64,000 nt of DNA, from assembly GCA_024704765.1 (NCBI GenBank), contig JAKMXF010000316.1, positions 310,001 to 374,000 of the forward strand. The letters run 5' to 3'. Numbering within the stretch: the first letter of the stretch is position 1; every line of letters begins with the position of its first letter. The position numbers and the translations under genes are program-made. The DNA is from Oopsacas minuta (Eukaryota > Animalia > Porifera). Shown here in pieces: positions 51,248-61,137 of this stretch. The notes beneath the pieces are model-generated. The model saw only the letters and a list, made by a program, of their open reading frames with translations. It was not told where the DNA came from and ran no database searches.

Positions 51248-53572
51248 ATGGATATCAGGCGATTCATTTCTGGAAAGCGGTCGAACAATAACCTACAAGA
51301 CATGGATGAATGTACATCTGAAGAGCTTTCACAGATAACAAGTGAAAGATGTTTGCCATCCTCCTCTCAAAATCCAGAAGTTACCAGGCATGATCCAACG
51401 CAACCTCATTCGAAAAAGTATTATATGTCATCTAGCGAGCAGAGATAGCAATATAAGGCTAATCTTTCATATAAAAATGAGTGGGAAAAAAATCTATCCC
51501 TGGGTAATTTGCGAAGATCCTAGAAAAGGTATGTTCTGTACCATCTGCCAGAAGTGGGGCAATCCATCTGCAGGATCAAGGGGCGCTTGGACAAGCAGGG
51601 GAGTTACTGACTGGAGTCATGCTACTGAACTATTGAGAGCACACGGAGAGTCACGGTGTCATAGGGATGCAGCAGTCACTGCTGGTATGTCAAAGCAGGT
51701 GGAGTGCGTGAAATCAGTACTTGAGCTGCAGTGTTCTGCTGCTGCAAAAGAGGCTGCATGCAGAGCAGAGAGGAATCGCAGCATCGTGCTTAAGTTAATG
51801 AGGTCAATCTATTTCCTAGCAAAAAACAAAATTCCTCACACCACTGTTTACCCAAATTTAATTGCCTTGCAAGTTGCCAATGGAGATGCATTGCTGGAAG
51901 AGCACCTCACTCATGGTGCTTCCAATGCTCAGTACACCTCAAAGTTCAGTGCAGTTATGCTTCTGGATGCTCTTGACACGTGGCTTGAAAGAAAGCAAAT
52001 ACAGAGTCTAAGGTCAAGCCCGTGTTTTTCTATATTAGCAGATGAGTGTCAGGATATTTCCACACAGGAAGAGCTATCAATTTGCTGCAGGTGGATTGTG
52101 GATGGCTATCGAGAAGAACACTTTGTAGATATACTCCATGTCAAGGATGTAGATGCTGCATCAATCACACAAGCTCTCACAACTTTCATTGAGGTGAACA
52201 ATCTCGACTATAGACGTTTAGTTGGGCAAGGCTACGATGGGACAGCAACTTTCTCTGGTTGTACAAATGGTGTCCAAAGAAGGATTAGGACACACTCAGC
52301 ACATGCAGTCTACATTGTGCATGCCACCGACTTCAGCTGGCATCTATTCAAGCTGCTGAGTCCATCACTATAATCAACAAAATGTTTGGCACAATGACCA
52401 GCCTGTGGAAACTATTCTACTATTCGCCAAAGAAAGCAGAAGCTCTCAAGGTCGTTCAGTCAGTTCTAAATTTACCTGAGCTGAAGGTAGTAAAGCCAAG
52501 CAGTACGAGGTGGTTGTCCCATGAGCGGTGTCTAAGTGCAATCCGTAAAGATCTTCCTGCTCTTATTATCACTCTCCAGCAGCTCTACCAGACGTCAGGA
52601 GATGCAGAAGCATATGGAATTTCTCTTATCTTGAGCTCCATATCCGGAGTAGCTAGTATTTTTCTTTTATCAGAAGTACTTGATCTCCTTGCTAGGCTTA
52701 ATTGCTACATGCAGAGACAGACTGCGGACTTTAGTAGGCTACCTTTGATTCTTAATAGCATTATAAAAGCGCTAGAGGAACTCAAGGAAGAAAAAACCGA
52801 CTGGTGTTCTAGAATGCTCACTCAGGTTGACCAGCTAGAGATCGATCATGGAATCATGATTACAATGAGTCGCTCAGCTCGTAGCTTTGTGGATGGTGCT
52901 AGTGTTGGATCTTTAACTGATTATCGTGACAAGGTTGTTCTTCCTTATGTCGATGCTTTACTACACAACATCGGCAACCGATTCTCGGGTGAAGCGGTAG
53001 ATCTCCTTGTATCATCCTCTGTTTTCAATCCAGCATCTCTTCCTTCAGAAGAAGCAGCTTTACCAGATTATGGTAAAAGAGAAGTGGAAGTTCTGGCCCA
53101 ATTTTATGGTAATGAAGCTATAGTTGTCCATAATGGTGTAACTTTCTCTTCTCCGCCACTTATTGACAAAGATGAAATTGCTATTGAATGGCGCTTGTTC
53201 AAGCGAGCATTGATTCAAGAATCAAGGTTGATCAGGGAAAAAAATGAGACTACCAAGACACCAAGCCTACAGGATGTCAAAGTTCACATGGAGTCATCTG
53301 GAGCTTACACTGGAATATTTCCAGAGATATTCAAGTTACTCAACATAATTCTTGTTCTTCCAGTAGGAACAGCTTCAGTTGAGAGATCTTTCAGCCACAT
53401 GGAGCAAATTAAAACAAGACTTCGAAATAGACTTAATGATGCTAATTTGGCTCATTTAATGAGGATCGCAATTGAAGGGCCAGAACATCCTCGGTTAACT
53501 TTGATGAAGTTCTTAAAGTATTTAAAGAGAAAAATCGTCGAATACAGTTATAGTTTAATATATAATTATTAG
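51248..53572 (+). pseudogene. hAT transposase, nearly intact but frameshifted
   Basis: ORFs 51248-51448, 51342-52373 (MFCTIC, SILADEC, QGYDGTATFSG; frameshift at the expected YIHC-CHR motif) and 52382-53572 (STRWLSHERC, PVGTASVERSFS..KTRLRNRL). Confidence 0.9.
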
Positions 53573-53620
53573 TGATAGCAATATTTTAATCTCCCTATTT
53601 TTGTGATCATAATTAGTATA

Positions 53621-54959
53621 CAGTCTGTTACATAATTATTTGGAATCAAGGATCAGTTTATCATACGATCGGATTTACTCTTACACAATACTAAAATTGA
53701 CTAAAATATTCTCAAGAGGTGCATAATCAATATTTAATTGGTAGACCCCTTGAGTCAATGACCATTTGACACCTACGTGGCATTGAAGACCAATATGGCT
53801 CTAGAAAATTAGAATCTAGCCTGCTCCAGGTAATTTCCAGCATTTTCTTCAGCTCTGAAATTGTCTTTGGGCCTTGTTTAGTTAATTCTTGCTTAACCCA
53901 CGCGAACAGATTTTCAATAGGATTGAGATCGGGGCTTTGTGATGGCCACGGAAGTACTTTTGGTAACATAGTACTCAACCAATTCTTAACCTTTGTCGCT
54001 GTATGCTTAGGATCGTTATCCATTACGAGTTGCCAATCATTTCCATGGAAAACTTCAGCCTGAGTTAGGAGATGACCTTGAAGTATGTCTATGAATAATG
54101 AACTGTCCATATTAGTTGTAAATATGCACAAAGGGAAAGTCCCAATGGAAGAGAATGCCGCCCAAACATTTATTTTTGGAGTATGTTTAGTGGTAGGGAC
54201 AAATCTTTTCTGATCGGATTTTGTCCACATCTTCATTCGACCCCTGGACAGCCAAATCGACATTTCATCAGCAAAAACAGTCTTGGCCCATTGCTTTTTG
54301 GGGTATTTAAACTTCTTTGCCCATTGGATACGATACAATCGATTTGTTTCACTCAGCATAGGTACTTTTGTGGGATATTTCTTAGAATATTTGGAATCGA
54401 CTAAGGCTCGGCGTACAGTCTGGTAGGATACAGGTATAGGGGCTCTACTTGCCAATGTTCTTAATGATAAGTATGGTTTTTGTCTTATTTGTTGGCTAAT
54501 CGATTGTTTAATCCTATTTCTCAATGAGCATGGCCTTCCAGCTCCTTTTTGATGGGAGATATCAATTCCTTTTGCTAGTTTGGCCTTTACATAATATACA
54601 GTAGACAAGCTTACATGAGCAATTTGAGCAATTTCTTTTGAGCTATGGCTGTTAGCTTCTAGTAATAACTTGATAGTATTTCTCTTATCCAATTGAGCCA
54701 TCTGAAATAGCTAATACTTAAGACAAGAGAAGATAAATGGTAAACTTATGAATAATACGGAAGTGACGTCACAACTAATATTACAGAAGAGAGAAATGTT
54801 CGAGAAGTTGATTAATTGAACAAAATAAAACAATCGAATTACGTATGTACTATTATACAATTCAAAATATGCATTCACTTTCAAATACACAATGATTCTA
54901 TTAAGTTATGGTATACTTTCAAAGTATATTAAAATTCCGAATAATTATGTAACAGACTG
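53621..54959 (-). mobile_element. Tc1 element nested in the hAT 3' region
   Basis: 26-bp TIR CAGTCTGTTACATAATTATT(T/C)GGAAT; flanks TA / GA. Confidence 0.93.
53727..54701 (-). CDS. intact DD34E Tc1 transposase (324 aa)
   Basis: N-terminal HTH with GAGRP, VFADEM, MDNDPKH and WPSQSPDLNPIE, with 34 residues between the second D and E. No stops. Confidence 0.95.
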   Translation of the reverse strand: MAQLDKRNTIKLLLEANSHSSKEIAQIAHVSLSTVYYVKAKLAKGIDISHQKGAGRPCSLRNRIKQSISQQIRQKPYLSLRTLASRAPIPVSYQTVRRALVDSKYSKKYPTKVPMLSETNRLYRIQWAKKFKYPKKQWAKTVFADEMSIWLSRGRMKMWTKSDQKRFVPTTKHTPKINVWAAFSSIGTFPLCIFTTNMDSSLFIDILQGHLLTQAEVFHGNDWQLVMDNDPKHTATKVKNWLSTMLPKVLPWPSQSPDLNPIENLFAWVKQELTKQGPKTISELKKMLEITWSRLDSNFLEPYWSSMPRRCQMVIDSRGLPIKY

Positions 54960-55184
54960 GATATTGAAGTATCACACATAGCATCTTTGTTGTAATGTCA
55001 CACGTTCAATATTGTTATTTAATACACGACAAACAATAATAACCTACTCAAATTCAAGATTTCTGGGGGGGATAATTGTGCTTGGGTGGGGAAGGTTCCA
55101 GGGGCCCCCCTCTGTATGAAACCCTGTTCTGGGCCTGAAAATTTTTTGGCAATAGTCACAATACAGGCTCACTAACTAGTAGTA

Positions 55185-58100
55185 CACAGTGTGGCAATAT
55201 GGGGAAATAGGCATATTTTAAAAAACATATTTCAATGCATTTTTCGAACTCTCCATAGTTCAATTAGTACGAAAATATCATTGGCAGCATTAGAAGCAGT
55301 TAGGAATCCTAACTACGCACAACTTTGTTATGTGTTTCTAATAATAGAAATATATATTTTCAAACCTCAAATTCCTATGCCCTAATGTATGTAATCATAT
55401 TTGATGTAAATACTAAATATAAGAGTGAAAAACATCTTCTGATAATAAATCTATATTGTAACAACAATTTAATCATTGATAGGTTAGTCTAGATATTCAT
55501 TTGTACTTTTTTCCGGGTGTCTAGTTTGGCCCTCCCAAAGTTATAATTTCGAATTTTTTCTCATTGATTGAAGTGTAGCATCTCTTGTTTGACAAAATTT
55601 GACAAAACGTTATTAATATATACGTAATGTTACTATATTTAGTCAACTATTTAATCACTTTCCAGGCTTGCCAAAAGCTGCCCAAAAATTTATCACGTCA
55701 TTCATTGTCCGGACCGGACAAAAATCCGAAAAATATATTTTTCATACGTTTTAAATTTTTTCAGTAAAATTCTATATTTTGCTGGTTATTAGTTATTCCA
55801 ATACTCTACAATCATATATCATAATGTTTCTATGTTAAAGTAGCCCTTTTGCGGATAATGTCTGTACTAATCACCAACAATGAGGCATATAGTTTGTATA
55901 TTTCGAATAGAAGAAGTGTTACAGTCTCTGTTAGGAAACTTATTGAGAACAACCATTTATCCGAAGAAGAAACTGCTACTCTTCATTTAAAATTTAAATC
56001 ACTTCTAACATCCAGAGAGGCTTACCGCAGGAAGGATCTTGAAACATGGATAATATGATTTTCCACTCTACTCATCTAACAATATCCAATCCAAGAAAGA
56101 GAATATCGCTTGATCCTGAATTTTCTTCTTTAGTCACTGATTCTGAAAATCGAAACTTTTCAGAACAGAATGTAACTGAATCCCGGAAGCATATTCTCGA
56201 ATGTCACATGAAGACTTCCAGATCGAGACTTGGTGTTCTTTTAGAGCATGTGGACTTTTTAGCAGAGAGAGAAAAGATTGAGCCTAAACAACTACTCGCT
56301 CTAGCTTTAGAATTAGTCTCAAATATATCCTATGACCGTGATACTTCAGACATGTGCAGAGAAATAATTGATAAGGGATCTTTTAGCGGTGTATTGAACA
56401 AAGTACAAATCTCTAAATGTGCTTATATATTGGACAGATTAGAAATTGGGGCGAGTAAATACACGAATCTGAAAAGAATTCTCAAAGGTGATGTTAAGCT
56501 TCCTTCCTATAAACTTGTCTCGCAATATCGTAGGGAAATAAGCCTAATAAATGAAATGGAAATAGTCAGAGACCCCGAAGCATTGTCAATTGGGACTTGC
56601 GTCTCTTACCATTCCATCCTTAGTCTGACCATTCAACGATTGCTTTCAACATTAGACCCAGTTCCTGATTCACACTACCCACTAAAAATTAAGATATCTG
56701 ATGGGTTGGATGGCTCCGGTTGTCATCAAACCTATAACCAACAAAGCAACAATTCTGCATTAAGCACAAAAACTTTCATTTTGTTCGGATTCAAAGTAAT
56801 ATCAATTACAGACACACTTGGAAATGACGTGTTCTATAACAGCTCACCCAACTCTCCGTTCTGCTTTAGGCCAGTAGCACTGATAGCTCTGAAAGAAGAT
56901 TATTCTAGTGTAAAGCTTATCATGAATACAATAGTCAATCCTCAAACAGACCATATCATACAGGATGGGTTATCTCTTATTGGAGGCCATGCACAGGTCG
57001 AGATAGTCCGTTCCCTTTTTGATACCAAGATGGCAGGATTGCTGGATGGAGCTGGTGGGGCTTCTTGTCATCTGTGTACTGCAACGGATAGCCAAATTAA
57101 AAGTTTAGAATGGGCCCATTCTGGTTTCCCTATTAACAGACTAATTAGCGACGCTCGGCAACTTTTTGAAGAGGTTGATGAAGAAGATTACTTGAAACTC
57201 CCATCAAATCAACGTGTTGGTATTACGCATCAACCAACTTCTAACATCGATATTATAGCTGCATGTCCTTTGCATGCTTACCTTTGTGTATTCAGGTGGT
57301 TCATGCTGTTGATATACCATCTTGATGCAGGACACAAGGTATGGGCGCCATCAAACTCGAAAGTAAATTTTTCCATGAAACGGGTTCGAGCTATACTCCA
57401 GGAAAGATGTAATTTCAGTGTCGATATCCCTTCAAGCCAGGGCGGCACTTCAACCACTGGTAACATTGCGCGAGACTGCTTTTTAAATAAGAGAGACTTT
57501 TTGACGTGGGCCACTTCTTCCATTAATCCTTCAGATAAAATATCATTAGAGAAGATCCAGACAAATCTATCTGTTTTGTTAAGACTCCTCAACAGTGGTG
57601 ACTTGATTAACTGTGACAAAATGCAAGAATTGTGCAAAGAAACGTACGAATTTATTCTAATTGAGTACCCATGGGCAAGCATCACTCCATCTTTGCACAA
57701 GTTACTTGCCCATTCGTTTCAGTTAATAGGTGCTTATAATAATGGTAAGGGATTACAGAATCTCTCTGAGGAATGTTTAGAATCCTGCAATAAATTTGTA
57801 AGGCGGTATCGGGAGAATCTTGCAAGAAAAACTTCTTTCACTGATAATGTTAGAGATATTTTAGTCAGGTTGTTATGTTGTAGTGACCCCATCTTAGTAC
57901 AGAATCGTTTGATGCACGCAAAGAAGAAAAGAGACGTTGCAAATAGCCTCCAAGAGATATTATATAATAGTATACTATCAGATGATTTATGATAATAAGT
58001 ATATCCAATAGTCATACATAATTAAGGGTCTTTAAATTGTACGTTATCAAATAGCAGAATAGAGACCATGACATGCATGTATTATCAACTTTCATAATAT

Positions 58101-58298
58101 CCTCACTAATGAACCACAAGTGTTAAAAATTAGAAAATGTCAGTAATTACGTCATAACTAGGTTTATAGTCGTGCTACTAAATAATCATTGGTATTTTTG
58201 AAATCTACAGTGTCGATTTAGTATATGTAAGTATAACTGTGGCGATAATACAGATTCATTTATCTATTTCCCCATTATGGCCATTTTGCCACACTGTG
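55185..58298 (+). mobile_element. complete RAG1-like/Transib transposon, copy B (3114 bp)
   Basis: Ends CACAGTGTGGCAATATGGGGAAATAG and (rc) CACAGTGTGGCAAAATGGCCATAATGGGGAAATAG. Perfect 5-bp TSD TAGTA (55180-55184, 58299-58303). Confidence 0.95.
56046..57992 (+). CDS. RAG1-like (Transib-family) DDE transposase, 648 aa; probably extends 5' to ATG 55858 via a 1-bp frameshift
   Basis: ISDGLDG (D219), PNSPFCFRP, FDTKM (D326), CHLC, LHAYL, LHKLLAH, EECLESCNKFVRRYRENLARK (E579). These match RAG1 CDGMGD, PNSELCCKP, YDEKL, CTLC, LHCDI, FHKTLAH, NESGNKLFRRFRKMNARQ. Confidence 0.93.
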   Translation: MDNMIFHSTHLTISNPRKRISLDPEFSSLVTDSENRNFSEQNVTESRKHILECHMKTSRSRLGVLLEHVDFLAEREKIEPKQLLALALELVSNISYDRDTSDMCREIIDKGSFSGVLNKVQISKCAYILDRLEIGASKYTNLKRILKGDVKLPSYKLVSQYRREISLINEMEIVRDPEALSIGTCVSYHSILSLTIQRLLSTLDPVPDSHYPLKIKISDGLDGSGCHQTYNQQSNNSALSTKTFILFGFKVISITDTLGNDVFYNSSPNSPFCFRPVALIALKEDYSSVKLIMNTIVNPQTDHIIQDGLSLIGGHAQVEIVRSLFDTKMAGLLDGAGGASCHLCTATDSQIKSLEWAHSGFPINRLISDARQLFEEVDEEDYLKLPSNQRVGITHQPTSNIDIIAACPLHAYLCVFRWFMLLIYHLDAGHKVWAPSNSKVNFSMKRVRAILQERCNFSVDIPSSQGGTSTTGNIARDCFLNKRDFLTWATSSINPSDKISLEKIQTNLSVLLRLLNSGDLINCDKMQELCKETYEFILIEYPWASITPSLHKLLAHSFQLIGAYNNGKGLQNLSEECLESCNKFVRRYRENLARKTSFTDNVRDILVRLLCCSDPILVQNRLMHAKKKRDVANSLQEILYNSILSDDL

Positions 58299-60223
58299 TA
58301 GTATGCACATTACACAAGACTAAAACACTCATTTCAATACTGAACCACTATACTATACTATACTCGGCACAGTGAAGTTAATCCCTATACCACTATACGT
58401 GTATTGACCAGTTTGTTGGTCTATACCCAAGATGTAAACAAGATTTTGCTTAGGGGGGAAACGATTGATCACACCCTATAAAGAGCACTTTCCCATGTAA
58501 ATAGTATCATACATATTGTTATTGTTATCATAATACCTAATATTTGGAATTCTGGGTAGAGTCCCTGGGCAAACCTCCCCTCTATATGAAACCCTGATAC
58601 TAACAATCTGTTCAATCATACCTATCGTTTAATTTGAATCATTCCTCCATCCTAGTCGCTACGTAGTTATTTACTCATAATCATTTAGTCACGATTTGAT
58701 TTGAATATCTTCATTAAATATTATCCACATTAGTGCTGGGAAAAATGTCACTACAATACATTATATTATGATGAAATTTTAGAGCTCTATCTGAAAAATT
58801 CTCTCAAATATTTCAGATTTTGGCTAGCATCCCCTAATTTTGGCCTGAAATCACGCGGCCATAAGGGTAAAGTATATCCAAATACGCACACATTTAGTAA
58901 AAATTGATGAAATATGACCTATTATATGAATAGTATCTACTGTATGTTTATAACATGATGTATTTATTTCAGAGCCCTATCTTATATAGTTTTATGATAT
59001 TTGCTCTCAAAGGCCAACTTCTCAGTCCCCCTGCATGCCAGATTTTGGCTTCCAGAGGGGGGTACCCATGGAAATACCCATGAATTTGACACTATGTGGA
59101 TGGGCATCAACAATACTGTATTGTACTATGAGTATATGGACTAATTATGCATATATATAATGCAATTTGTAATAAATTGCTATTTTCCATGGGAAAAGTG
59201 GCGTTTCTTCTTCCTCGATTTACTAAAAACTTTTCAGCCACCATTGTCCCATGTCTCAAAATGCATAACTCAGCAAGTATACAAGCTAGATTCAAAACCT
59301 CAACGGTTTGGGGGAGATCTCACACCGTTGAGAAAAGTAAGTTGAAAGGATATACAATATAAGTTGAAATGTGAAATTTATTGAATTTTCAAATGTTACC
59401 CGGAGATAAATTGATAGATAAAGTAGAGTGAGGTATATGATTGCTCCTTTCTATAAATCGAAATTCTAATTTAACTTACTTTTCTTTCTAGGCGATTTCA
59501 AACAAAAATCTATTTCGATTACTGTTATATCCTTGCTCAACTTATCATTATATATTTTGAAAGTTTACCAGTTTCAAATTTCAAATTTTTTATTATATTT
59601 AGTTGTTAGTTATTATTGCCTTTTGGACACTCGACGATGTTCCAAAATCCTCCATAAATTTCAAAGAGATTAATCAACTAGAACTTATAGCAGATACGAC
59701 CCTATAATCCATCAGGTCCCTTTGCATATTCTCAAATACAAGATAGTGATAGAAGACTCCAACTATCTAATATTCTACAATCCAAGTTCTTTTCTTTAAT
59801 ATTATCATCTGGTAGGGAAAATTATTTGGGTATGTTTGTCAAAATATTGATGATTAATACTCCAATTTTGATCGATTACAATTTATTCCCATTATTCAGA
59901 TAAGTTCATCATAACTTGAATGCTGTTGTAGATTATGTCCAGTTTCTTACAGGAAAATATCAAATAAATACATTTCAAGTTACAATTTCTTACCAATTGA
60001 TAACACTGATCAACAGATTATGTGCAGATTTATGTGATTATTTATTTGCCTTCACAAATTGTATTCCTTTAGGATATATCGACTATCCTGATTCCGAAGA
60101 TACAATCAGTTTCTCAATCAGCTCTTGTTTTTCAGATATTGCAATTTTAAATTTCGCAATATTTGTAGATTTTCGGGGAATTCGATACTATTTCCCAGGA
60201 ATTTTAGATTTATATTGTATATA

Positions 60224-61137
60224 CAGTCAAGGGACAAAAGTATTCGACCACACGAATATATTGTCATAAATTGTATACTCTTTCCCGCTCCTATATATTG
60301 TGTAGTCTATATTCGTAGCTGCAATCTAGTAATTTCCATAGAATAACGTATGTTTTTCAAGAATTTCAAAAATATATTTTCGATTTACACTTTCTGAAGG
60401 TGTTAATTATGAATAATTATTAGATAATTATTGATAATCAAATATGTGGTAATTCAAAGCCTATTAAGAATCTATAATTTCTGACTTGATATTTGAATTC
60501 TACGTAGGCGAGTTACCCCAGATTGAAATTTCCAATCGAATTGAACAACTTTTACTAAAGTTATAGAAGAATTTCAATTTGTCCCACTTGTGCCACTCTT
60601 TGAAAAAGTGGCACAGGTGGCAGGAAAAAGCGCCACTACAAGGAAATCAACTAGGGTTAGGAGGAATAAGTCAAAGTACTATTTTCGAATGATATGACTA
60701 TGCTAACCCTTGAATTACAAAATAACTCCTTGGTAGCGGCCACTTGTGCCACCTTGGGCAAAAGGTGGCACAAATGGCACAAATTGGAATTCTTCTATAA
60801 CTTTGGTAAAAGCTGTTCAATTCGATTGGAAATTTCAATCTGGGGTAACTCGCCTACGTAGAATTCAAATATCAAGTCAGAAATTATAGATTCTTAATAG
60901 GCTTTGAATTACCACATATTTGATTATCAATAATTATCTAATAATTATTGACAATTAACACCTTCAGAAAGTGTAAATCGAAAATATTTTTTTGAAATTC
61001 TTGAAAAACATATGTTATTCTATGGAAATTACTAGATTGCAGCTACGAATATAGACTACACAATATATAGGAGCGGGAAAGAGTATACAATTTATGACAA
61101 TATATTTGTGTGGTCGAATACTTTTGTCCCTTGACTG
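60224..61137. mobile_element. Tc1-type foldback MITE with ~390-bp inverted arms
   Basis: TA|CAGTCAAGGGACAAAAGTATTCGACCACAC ... GTGTGGTCGAATACTTTTGTCCCTTGACTG|TA. Arms are near-perfect complements; short unique centre; no ORF. Confidence 0.92.

Larger units (their letters stand above)
50806..55126 (+). mobile_element. hAT transposon (ZNF862-like transposase) with apparent 5-bp TSD and a nested Tc1
   Basis: Perfect 15-bp TIR CAGGGTTTCATACAG; flanks TTCTG|...|TTCTG. Confidence 0.9.

Noticed and set aside
56046-57992. Calling this ORF the host gene RAG1
   Set aside because: It lies within TIRs and a TSD, lacks the RING/zinc-finger N-terminal region, and has no RAG2 neighbour, so it is a transposase.
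58368-58374. Extra CACAGTG at 58368 and CACTGTG at 50458-50464 and 48185 as further Transib ends
   Set aside because: The first two are internal to one dispersed repeat and face outward. None has the second conserved block or a TSD.
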